Of a stretch of 64,000 nucleotides of DNA, positions 53,101 to 64,000 are shown in pieces (position 1 is the first letter of the stretch; each line of letters opens with the position of its first letter). The translations under genes were made by a program, and so were the position numbers. A model generated the notes under the pieces. It was not told the DNA's origin, did not search any database, and saw only the letters and a program-made list of their open reading frames with translations. This DNA is from Haliotis cracherodii. Lineage: Eukaryota. The DNA is taken from assembly GCF_022045235.1 (NCBI RefSeq), contig NW_027266275.1:11408001-11472000 (forward strand), written 5' to 3'.

Positions 53101-54759
53101 AATGTGTGATAAACGAAAGATGTTTTTAACATAAACCTGACAAGACAAAAGTTAAGTTCATTTACTATTATGATGTAAATAAACCTGAATCTGGCGTATG
53201 TTCCCAAAACGGAGATTTATAATCAAACAGAACCCGGATCAGGAGATCAGAATGGGGATCGGTGTATCAGTCTCAAGTGTACAATGATTGTGCTAAAATA
53301 CAGCCAGATGTTAGAATGACTAAAGGTTGACGGTTGTGCTGAAACGTCCATGTGTCAGCCATGTCAGATTACATTCATGGGTCATCAGATGCTTGTACAT
53401 TACATCGGTAGTAAGTGATGGCCAGAGGTACAAACTGACAGAAGCCCATATGTACAGATCGCCAGCCAAGTATGTAAACGAAACGACAATTCATCAGTGG
53501 AAAGTTCAGACAAGGCACCCTCTTACTTCCTACACTTTTATCACTGGACAACATTTAATATCAAAACTCTCGCGAGACAATGATGTATATGAATCAACGA
53601 AATCAAACTATGACCTATAATCTATTCCGTCTGAACAATCGATCCACATTCATGGTTATTTCGAATATTGACAAAACACATGAATACCTTTGTTGGCTCG
53701 AACACCTCCACTGCTTGTCGTCATGTTAAACGTGCCCAAAATGCAGCAACAAGAACATTCCAGTGATAACAAGATTTGCAGGGACTCTCAAGTTGTAGGG
53801 AAGTGGATGCATTCGGCGACTTTGACATTTATGTACCACTTTTAGCAATATGTTAGCCACATTACGGAAGTAGGCACCAGAAATAGGCCTCTGACATTGT
53901 TCGCAGGAATAGGATCAAATCCGGGTCTACGGCGTGGCGAATCAAAGCTTTAATCCAGGCTACATCTTATTTGCAGTAGATTTAGAACAGTCCTTTGTCT
54001 CCATTTGATGGTTTATATTTTGATTTTGGTATCCTGTTCAGCACCACACTCAGCAATATTCCAGCTATATGACGGCGGTCTGTAAATAATCGAGTCTGGA
54101 CCAGACAATCCAGTGACTGATATCATGAGCATCGATCCACGCAATTAGGATCAATGACATGCATCAACCAAGTCAGCAAGCATGGAGTGCTTAAGATGAT
54201 GTTCGACTTAAGTTTTAGTTAGACGCAATTCTATTTTCAAGCCATGTCATTCAGTATGAGAAAAATAGTGGTTTTCAGAGGCGATTTGTAGCTAGATGGA
54301 AGAATACTTTGACGACGCGGGCATGCACGCACATACACGTAGTCATAACCCAACACAAGTCTGTTATTCTAAGAACGAATTTTCTGAGTAGCACAGATCG
54401 TGATGAAAATGTTTGGAAAGGGTATTACAGTACGAAATGTAATAATATTACAAATTAATGTTGTCTGCAATGATTGCTCGAAGCACATTCGCAGTTAGAA
54501 TATTGTGAGTGGTTGAAAGTGAGTGACAGAGAGCGTAAGTGAATGGATGACTTTTAGGCCTCTTTTATTGATATTACAGTCATAATATGGAGTGGTACAC
54601 TAGGAATACGCTTCACACATTGCACCAATGTTGGGTACGACAAGCATAGTCTCCTTTTACGGCAAGCGTGGGTTGCTGAAGACCTATTCTACTCCGGATC
54701 TTCACGGGTCGATACACATTAGGAAGAGAATCTATAGATGTAAACTTCTTTATTATGAG

Positions 54760-54800
54760 GAACACAACGTTTCGGAGTATATGCTTACTCCTTCATCAGG
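54760..54800 (-). ncRNA. Minimal hammerhead ribozyme motif (PLE pLTR type)
   Basis: CTGATGA-A-GGAGTA-agcata-TACTCC-GAAACGTTG: intact core, perfect 6-bp stem II, palindromic AACGTT in place of stem III. Confidence 0.65.
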
Positions 54801-57683
54801 TTACACTGTCGCTCTGTTTGTATAGTTGAAATACACTGGCACCCGTACATGATGTTAATACACCATCGCGATGGTTTGATAGTTAAAATGTAAATTATGT
54901 TGGGTGGATGAGGCTCGCCAATTGTTACCACATACAAATATAGGCTGGTTTAGTGTCATTCCCTATTTTGACCTGTACCACATGCATCCGTGTCGTTTCA
55001 GGTGAACAATTGACTTGCCTTGCATGTGTTTGTAACGGGTATATCCCGTGGAACAGGGTACGCTGACCCTTTCGCGAACACCTGGTATCATCGCTACTTG
55101 ATAGTGATTCATGAACACACGCGAATGATATAGTCGGAATTGTAATTGACTCAGTTTTTGGCAACGATTCCTTTTGAATATGGAAAGGGTTTTCTCGTTT
55201 TTTGTGTACAACGGAAGATATATCGACCGAGCAGTTTCTCATGTGTATCAGTATTCATTCTGAAATTAGATAACAAGTGTTTGTTGGTAGCATGACACTC
55301 ACGAATGTGTTTTTAATGTTGGCAGTACACATTGAATGCTCAGATGCTCATAAACCCTTTTGATAAACCAACATTTCTTATGAATATGGAAAAGAGGTTG
55401 TCGCTTTTATTGTATATATGTGAAGAACATTACCCGTTGTGTGTCCATGACCTGATGAAGGGACATGGGGAACCTTCGACAGTTTGTGTAAAGAGAACTG
55501 TCAATCTATACATTGCGTGTCTCCGAGAACATCCAGCGTCTAAAAGCCAATGAAATACCTTTTAATTAATAATCATGCCTAATCGAGGATTCGAGCTCAC
55601 GGTCTTTGAGCAATAGGATTCGGCGATACACCTCTTCACAGTGAATTGGGGGCCAATATGCATTACGAGATTTCTGACGTACAGAACGTGGAAGAAGTTC
55701 GTCATTCATATGAACCGTTATGTGTTGGTCAGCTGTACTTGGCGTAAGAACAAACGAAGCCTTTTCATTAGTGTACATGGTAGCCCAATGGAGATCGTTA
55801 CTATTGACATATCATTAATCAAGACAGATGTTGATTTGCACCACGTTCCTCATTGAGATCCTTTGATTGACAGCTGACACTTCCTCGTTTGTCTATTGAT
55901 AAATATGTACATACGCTGTATAAATGATGGTATCCTGGTTTAAATCGCTTCATGGTTTTAACACCCATTTCCCTTCCAAATACCAGTGGCATCTGTTGAA
56001 ATGCGTCTCGGCATTTAAAAAACGAGATTAATAGTTTATCACGAGTGATAATATTGTAAGAATGATTTTATTATCAACATAAATAACACAAATGTGCCGA
56101 ACATACACAAACCTATATGTGATGAAACTCTGTATGTGAATATTATAGAAACAAATATAGGAATGATGTATATAGGATCCGTACTTGAAAGCGATATCAC
56201 GTTGTAACTTGACATTAACATTGAAACCGTGAATATATGAAGCATCAGACAGCGTCAGTGGTCTGGTGGTAGAGCGTTCGCCCGGAGAGCGGAAGGTCGG
56301 AGTTTCGATACCCGGCTGCGTCATACAAAAGGCGGTAGAAGATGGTATTTGTTGCTACCCTGCTTGGCGCTCGGCATTAATCGACTAAAACAAGGACTGG
56401 TCGGTTGTGTTTGAGTGGGGTATTCATGTTAAACTGCCGCATGGTATCTCAGTGGGCTAGCGCGATAAAGTCGGCATTAGTCGGGACTAGTACTAGCAGC
56501 CACACACAAGAGTCAGTAACTTGTTCAAAGAGAGGATTGTACAAACACTTTATGAGTTCATTCTTCATTCAGTCAAAGTTCTTGTTGCAGTTGGTTCCAT
56601 AGCCTTACGGAAGAAAACGTGTAAGTTCTCTGACCAAATGATTTCAATCTGGTTGCAGGGAGAGATCTGGAAGGTGTATTTGAATTGGATTTAGAAAATT
56701 CATTTGTCTCTAGTTGTTCATTTATATTTTGATTCGTGTTTCCTGTTTAGAGCTGCACTCGGCAATATTCCAGCTATATGACGGCGGTCTGGACATAATC
56801 GAGTCTGTGCCAGACAATCCGGTGATTGATATCATGAGCGTCGATCCAGGCAATCGGGATAAGATGACATGCATCAACTAAGTCAGCGAACCTGACCACC
56901 CGACCCCGTTAGCCGTCTCTTACGACAAACATGGGTTGCTGAAGACCACTGACCATGTATTAGGTGTTCAACTAAAGCCTTAGTCAGACGCAATACTACT
57001 TTCAAACCATATCATTCAATATGGAAAAAGAATGCTTGGGTTTCATAGGCGATAGATGGAGGCTTTCCAGGACGACGCACGGATGCACTCACTCACATAC
57101 ACACACCTAACAACAGTCTGCTCTTCTAGCAACGAACTCACAAGCATGCTCCTTCCACCAGGATTGTCCCCTTTGTGAAGCGGACGGAAGGACGGAAATA
57201 CGGAGGGACAGACGGACGAACGGACGAACTCCGTTTCTGTATCCCCCGTCCCACTTCGTGGCGGGGGATAAAAATTATGTCCGATGCAATGCCCTATTTA
57301 GATTTCTACCAGTTCCCGCGTTTTTCAGTTGAAACATTTGACATTTGCTCGTGCTTGTGACGGATGCCACCGATGGGGCAGAATACGCTCACCTGTTCGC
57401 GAGCAATTGGTATCATCCCAATATAACGGTGATTCATGGAAGCATACTCATAATATCGTCAGAATCGAACAATATTAATCGACTCTACTTTTGACAGAAA
57501 TTCCTTATGAATATGGAAAGGGGGTTGTCACATTTTATCATTAGACATAAGAATGTGCATCTTTTTACAATGAACTATTATTCTCACTGCACATTTACAA
57601 TTTATTCCCTATCACCCTCACACGCCATCCAGAGACGAAAGAACTAAATCTGACAAAGCCTTCCATCGATATTCACTCCCATG

Positions 57684-59332
57684 CTATATAAGAATAAATG
57701 TTTTGATTTCCCTTCCACAAGTAACAAGAACTGAGTCATATTTGTTAATGCAGAGACTCAATGGCTGGCTCATGCCATCCTGTGATGTGATGACATCGCT
57801 GACATATTCCCCTGTCTCGCTTAGTTGTATAATAGCCTCGGCCAGCTGGTCTATAAACATGACATCTCCAGTGTTGGTTGTAAAGATACCAGAAGGCTGA
57901 TGGAGTGCCATATCTCCCGTGGGGGCGTATCTCCACACGACGTCCCCATCTGACGTCAAACATGTCACAGACTTCTTCTTCCAATCAGACACGAGTATGT
58001 TGCCCTTGGTGTTAACACTCATGTAGGACGGTAAGGTAAACAGTGTCTCCTTGTTGTGTGTAGTGACTGACCTCAGCACGTGTCCCCCCATGTCCAGGAT
58101 ATCAACACCGCCCCAACCACCTGCTGCTAGAGAAGAAGGACTCAGAACAGCGAGACTGTAGTACCCCTTGCTTGTTGTGATGGTTGAGAGCAGCACCAGG
58201 TCAGGGGTCACTTCTACTGTTACAATATGACGGGATGCGGGGACAGCAACCATCACCTGCTTCTCCTTCAACTGTGTAACACCCCATGGAGAGTCATCCA
58301 GGGTGAGTCTACTTTGACATGATCGATTGTTTCTCGTGAAGAAAGATTTCACACACGTGTTGGTGTAGTCTGTAACAACAATTGTCTGCATCCCATCTAC
58401 ATTAAGTTCTCTGACGCCAGGCATACCAGGTATCCCCTCGTCATCCTCTGAGGTCGCATCAAGTGTATGGAACAACACTGGTGAACACTTCAGACCAGGT
58501 CCATCTCCATATCTCAGGTCAATCTTCCCCAGCTGTAGGTCATCTAGGATGTGCTGGACGTTGTCAGTGTCAGGTGTAAACCTGATGTCATCTATTCTGT
58601 GTGTGTCTGCTGTGTCTGTGTCCCTGACATCCCCCAACTCTACAGCCCCCGACTCCCAGGCCTGATACGCGTCATACAGGTCCATCTCACAGTCCGATAT
58701 CAAGACCTGGTCAATGAACTCACAATGTTGTTTGTACATCTGCATCTCAATCTCGTCAAGCTTTACATCAGCATGAGTCTGAATGATATGTTTTTCTGTT
58801 ATTTCATTTAATTCATCTAACAACTTATTTTCCTTCTGTCGGATGTACTCTATGGCCTTATTGGCTATAAGATTAACCTGCTCTCTTACTGCCACTTTGT
58901 CGTCTTTAATTTTATCTATTTTGAATTGATGTCTCTCTATTCTATTGCCTTTGCTGTCACATTTTGTCCGTAAGATGTCACATCGCAAAGCTAATTCCGA
59001 TTTCATTCTTGCCACTTGTGAATTGATTGTGACGACAGACTCACATTTCCTGTGGTAGACCACACAGCAGGACTGACACAGTGTCATGTTGCAGTCTTTA
59101 CAGAGATATTTGACTTGCTCATCCTTGTGTTCTTGACACATGACCTTTCGTCTCTTCATCACCTTGATATCTCCAGACAGGTCACACGGTACGTGGTCAC
59201 GAGATGAGGGACTAGCACGATGCATCTTGACACACCTTTCACAGAGAGTAACTTCACAGTCTGGACACCAGGAGATCGCTGGAGTTGTCTCCCCTAGCTG
59301 GTCACATAATGTGCAACATTTAGCACCTGTGT
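57684..59332 (-). CDS. TRIM-NHL gene A3, coding exon 2
   Basis: Acceptor ttccttcaCAG|AC; intact frame to TAG. Confidence 0.92.
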
Positions 59333-59866
59333 CTGTGAAGGAAAAATCTATTGTACACTTATTTCAATGTAAATACAAACATCTTCCATTGCACCTTAAA
59401 ACGTACATGACACCACATATAATCAGGCCCGATCTGTAATTCGAACTCACTATCATGGGAGTTGGGTGATACAACAATAGCAGGGAATTGTACGAGTTGG
59501 CTAATGTACCCCAACATGCATGACGTACAGAGCGCAGACGTACGTCATTCATATGAACTGATATGTATTGGTTGGCTGTACTTGGCCTGGGGAACAAACG
59601 AAGCCTATGAGTGGTAGCCATCGTTGTAGAAGGTAGTCCAATAGACATCGATACTTGGCGTGGGAATAAATTGAGCCTTGTGTAGTAAGTAGTGAGTACG
59701 ACAATGACACGCTTTATGACATACATCTAAAATAGTAACTGTAATTTCATTCGCCAACAAATACATCCATATAACATATGTACACAGAAGCTTAGACACA
59801 TACGTTGTGGTGGCACTATGAAGTTCCTATCCTTAAAACTGCTCTGAGGTTGTGGGTGTGTCTTAC

Positions 59867-60164
59867 CTTCAGTAGTAGCTCCAGCTTGTGTGTCAATCAG
59901 CCCCTGTATAATGATGCTGGGCTTGATCTGCCCTGCCCACTCCTCCACAGGCCGGCTGGGGTGGGGAACCCTGGTATATTGTCGACAGAAGGCACAGGGG
60001 ATCGTCTTGGACTGTACAGCATCTGGTCTGGTTTGGATGTATTCAGTGACACATTTCCTGCAAAATGTGTGATCACACCTCAGTGTACAAGGGTCTGTGT
60101 ACAGTTCCTGGCAGATCACACAGGTGAGGAATTCCATCACTGTCTCGGCCTGTGACGTCGCCAT
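59867..60164 (-). CDS. TRIM-NHL gene A3, coding exon 1 (RING, CAFCRQ variant); joins 57684-59332 to give 648 aa
   Basis: 298-nt exon, cag|ATG, donor GAAG|GTAAGA. Confidence 0.9.
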
Positions 60165-63100
60165 CTGTAAAACAAAAAAAGGAGGATTGTATGAGATCTG
60201 GCTGAATCACTTTTTACACTTTCAGGAGATCCTTTAGTAGTTATTTAAGCTTGAAATATGAGTATGACAGTGAAAACCTAATACATGTTTACATACATAA
60301 CTACAGATTGATATTTTGCATAATAGTAAAAAACTGTGGTGTGAGAGTTTCCAGTAAAAAAATATGAAGGAAGATACACTGTCGCACATAGCTGCTGAGG
60401 TAACATTAACATACCGGCACTGTGTGTTTAAAATTGATAACCAGTACCTGTACAAGGTAGGTATACCCGCAAGGTGTACCCAAACAGTGAAATTGACAGC
60501 AGTGTATATTGAGGTATCCCGGTAGAGACGTGTAACGCTGCAGGTTTATACTGTATAATGCTAGTTGACGAATATAATCCTTTATCGTGTGCACTGTCAG
60601 CTTCACCTACTGTCCTGGAGGTCTTGAAATAACCAACTCCCGCCGAGGTACACACCTGGGTCTACCTGCCTCTTCCGCATAACATACAAGGGAGGTAACT
60701 GTGAAACCTCCACTTGCGGTGATTGATAAAGTATCAGTGCTGACGACAACGTAGGTTTTTGGATCGAATGAAGGGTGATTGCCATAGGTGGGTGAGATAT
60801 CGACACATTGCAATATTCAAAAAATAAACGACGAGGGGGAGTTATTTGTCGTACAATAAAACACTACAGGGCGAAAAATAAACCACGAGGGACAGCATAG
60901 TTTATTCGTGGTTTATTCTCTCTGCACTGGTTCAAGCTTGCTTGTGTCATTAAATGGCTTTTATTACTTCAGACCCAGGGCCCTTAGCATACATGTATAT
61001 TTGTGTTTGAACGTTTTATAATCATGTAATGTGATTATGGTTGAGGGACGAACACACATATTAATAGTAATCTAGTTAGTCAACTGATAAGAATTCATTA
61101 ATCATGTTTAGCGCGCTTAATCATGCTACCTATTGCAAAAAGGGTCTGGATATGTATTTCAACGGTGAAGTATAGGTTAAGTAATTTTCTTATTAAAACA
61201 GTTCACCACAATCACTATTGCGGAAAGGAATAGGGTTAAAACACTGTTGAGTGTCCTCAGATTCACTGTCCATAATTCTATATACATCTTGCATCTTATA
61301 TGATTGGAAGGCGAGCTCGGTATGTTATAAGCTGTCAATTCACTGAAGCATGAGCAAGAGATGCACCAGAAACATTAATATTTCACAAAAACAAATACTC
61401 GTGCTCGTGAGTTGCACCAAAGTAGTACATGTGCTAGACCTGCATCCAGCTGAACATATACGTGTATAAGGATATAAGCATCTTTTAAAGTTATGGTATA
61501 CAAGCTGTATATGTGCATTGTGACTCAGAGTAGAATGACTTCCTTCTTTTGTGTTGGGTGGATGATCTTCACCAAAAGCGATGACATAAATTACACCACT
61601 GCAAATTAACATGGATCTATTATATTTACAGGCATATATGACATGAGGTGAAATTGACAAGGCCAGTTCCCACATCTACCTGTATCCATGAAGGTATATA
61701 GATGAAACCATGAGCTGAACATGTATTTATACAAGATTGGTCCTGCTGTCATTATCGTCGCATTCACGGAAAATTAATGTTCATCAAAGCCAAAGTATTT
61801 CCAAATTTCTCGAAAACGAATGGCTGTCCATGTTGTTTCGGTTTTGCCAAACTAATGCTCCCTCAAAGTAATAATGGACGTCAATTTACACAACTTATCA
61901 CTGAAAGAAGTCTTGTTGATTTGGTGTTCATCGGCATTTCAGGGGATCTTCTGTCACGAATAAATTAAAATTATATTCCTCTCCATCCTGTACCTAGAGA
62001 CATTGGGTTTAGAAGCACATTATATTGTAAATAATGCATCGTTAAACAAAGTCAAAGTGTGTTTTAGAAAAAAACTTCGTTACTCAGTAGCCTATATTCA
62101 TCAAGTGAACGAGTGGGTGAGGTGGATTTGACAGTGCTCTAAACACTATTGCAGTTATATCATGATGTGACAGCTTGATGTGTGGTGAAAACACAAAGTG
62201 AAGCAGGTCTTAGACGTTTACCATGGATGAGGTATGGTTTTGACAAACCAAGTTAGCTGATCGGAGAGATACATGATGTAAGGACTTCAACTTGTTATTG
62301 GTCTACTCTGTTCTCCCTTAACGGTGAGATGAGATGAAATGGGGTTTAACGTCGCGTCCAAGATTATTGCACAACATGCACAAATGTGTGTGTGTGTGGC
62401 TGCTTGTACTGGTCTGGACTTATGTCGATTTCATAGTGCTATCTCACTGCTGCAGTTTAACATGAACACCCCACTCCAAAACTCCCCACTCCAACACAGT
62501 CTACTTTCTGAAAGTCGAGCGCCAGGCAGGGTAACAACAAGTACAGTCTTTTCACGTCTTTTGGATCAAACCCCGGACCTTCCGCTCTCTTAACAGTCGC
62601 TCTACCACTAGACCACGGAGGCGGTTCTCCCTATTTGACCTCAGCTACCTACTTGTGTATGTCTGTAGAACAGTTCTCGTTTTGTATCCATCTGATGAAG
62701 TGGTAAATCGATTTGGGGCAGATAGCTTTGATTGGTATTCGTTTCCTATTAACTGGATTACAGCAGAAGTCCAACACAGCCATTGTGGACACCTTCAACT
62801 GTGCCGTAAATACATGTATGCTGTATCGCGGGAACGAAATGACAAAACGTGTAGCCATCCTAACACAGCACTGCAACAGCAATCGATGTACACCAACTAT
62901 CACATATAAGTGGTTAAGTGATTTCCATGATTCAGAGGGGCAGTAGGGTAGCCTAGTGATTAAAGCTTTCTCTCGTCACGCCGAAGACCCGGGTTCGATT
63001 GCCGACATGGGTACAATGCGTGAAGCCAATTTCTGGTGTCCCCCGCCATGATATTGCTGGAATATTGCTATACACGGCGTAAAACAATACTCACTCACTT

Positions 63101-63195
63101 TCTCACTCACTCACTCCATGATTCAGACACATGTACAAGTGGATCTGGTGTTCATTTGAAATCTTTGTGCTATTATCTGTCTACAAGAAAATGAA

Positions 63196-63261
<66 letters not shown>

Positions 63262-63729
63262 TCAAAACTGACAAACACAACAGCAAATTATTGATAGAAA
63301 TGTAAACATTTAATACCCATCACATATTTAAAATATCATCTCAACTCTTACATGTAAACATGACCTTCGCATAACAGTATTGATTTAAGCTTCGAAAATG
63401 AATTGATAATTGCAAAACATTTTATTGTTACAAGTGATTTGGGCCTTATACCCATGAGAAGCTGTTTCCTGGCTCGGAGAAGGAACGCAACTCTTCACAG
63501 CACACAGGAATGCTTCCTACCACTGGGCCAACCGTGTCTACGCTTATTTGTATGTCGTTCAAGTTCCATATGGTGTCACACAGGCCGCCCATATGCAGCT
63601 GAGACATAACAATGTGCATCTTAATACATGTTGTTCTCCCCCGTCATCCCCTCCCTTTCATCCTTACACATCATCCCGAGATGTGATAACTCAATCCGAC
63701 AATGCCCTTCATCAATATACATTCACATA

Positions 63730-64000
63730 CTATGTGAAAATAAATGTCTTGATTTCCCCGCCACCAGTTACAAGAACTGAGTCATGTTTGTCAATGCACA
63801 GACTAATTGGCTGATTGATGCCATCCTGTGATGTGAGGACATCGCTGACATATTCCCCTGTCTCGGTTAGCTGTATAATAGTCACGGCGATGTTGTCTAC
63901 AAACATGATATCTCCTGTGTTGGTTGTTAAGATACCAGTAGGTTTACGGAGAGCCCTATCTCCGGTAGAGGCGTATCTTCACACAACATCCCCATCTGAC
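63730..64000 (-). pseudogene. 3' end of TRIM-NHL gene B3 (runs off the window) with an in-frame premature TGA
   Basis: Near-identical to the B1/B2 C-terminus, but GDVV-TGA-RY at 63979-63981 where paralogs have TGG (Trp). Confidence 0.8.

Larger units (their letters stand above)
54803..64000. repeat. Older duplicated unit (A3 + B3 end), homologous to about 24230-36100 with internal indels
   Basis: 54831 atacactggcacccgtacatgatg matches 24251 atacactgatacccgtacatgatg; colinearity continues through shared SINEs and genes. Confidence 0.82.

Noticed and set aside
61340-61970. Insertion unique to unit 3, perhaps a decayed DIRS-like RNase H region
   Set aside because: Only vague motif resemblance; I could not recover a convincing frame by eye.

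Overview
AT-rich eukaryotic DNA with introns, microsatellites and many tRNA-derived SINEs. The repeat families suggest a gastropod, possibly Haliotis (recalled, not searched). The left part holds the first coding exon of a cGMP-dependent protein kinase (PRKG1/foraging type, minus strand, 5285-5550); the rest of that gene lies off the left edge. About 6-27 kb is repeat-rich: four SINE-like families, a Tc1 relic, Penelope-like RT relics, a LINE relic and satellites. From 29 kb to the end is a tandem minus-strand array of six TRIM-NHL E3 ligase genes in two alternating subtypes (A1-B1-A2-B2-A3-B3). Each has RING, two B-boxes, a coiled coil and six NHL blades, no filamin domain, and two coding exons. 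Main observations: (1) A paralogs vary strongly at the predicted ligand-binding face of the NHL propeller while B paralogs are nearly invariant; (2) A and B genes have exchanged sequence patches; (3) A1/A2 appear to use a B-derived RING exon, with a decayed A-type RING exon left in the intron; (4) B3 has a premature stop; (5) a 12-kb duplication breakpoint can be mapped to a TG; (6) a minimal hammerhead ribozyme motif sits at the edge of an older duplication.
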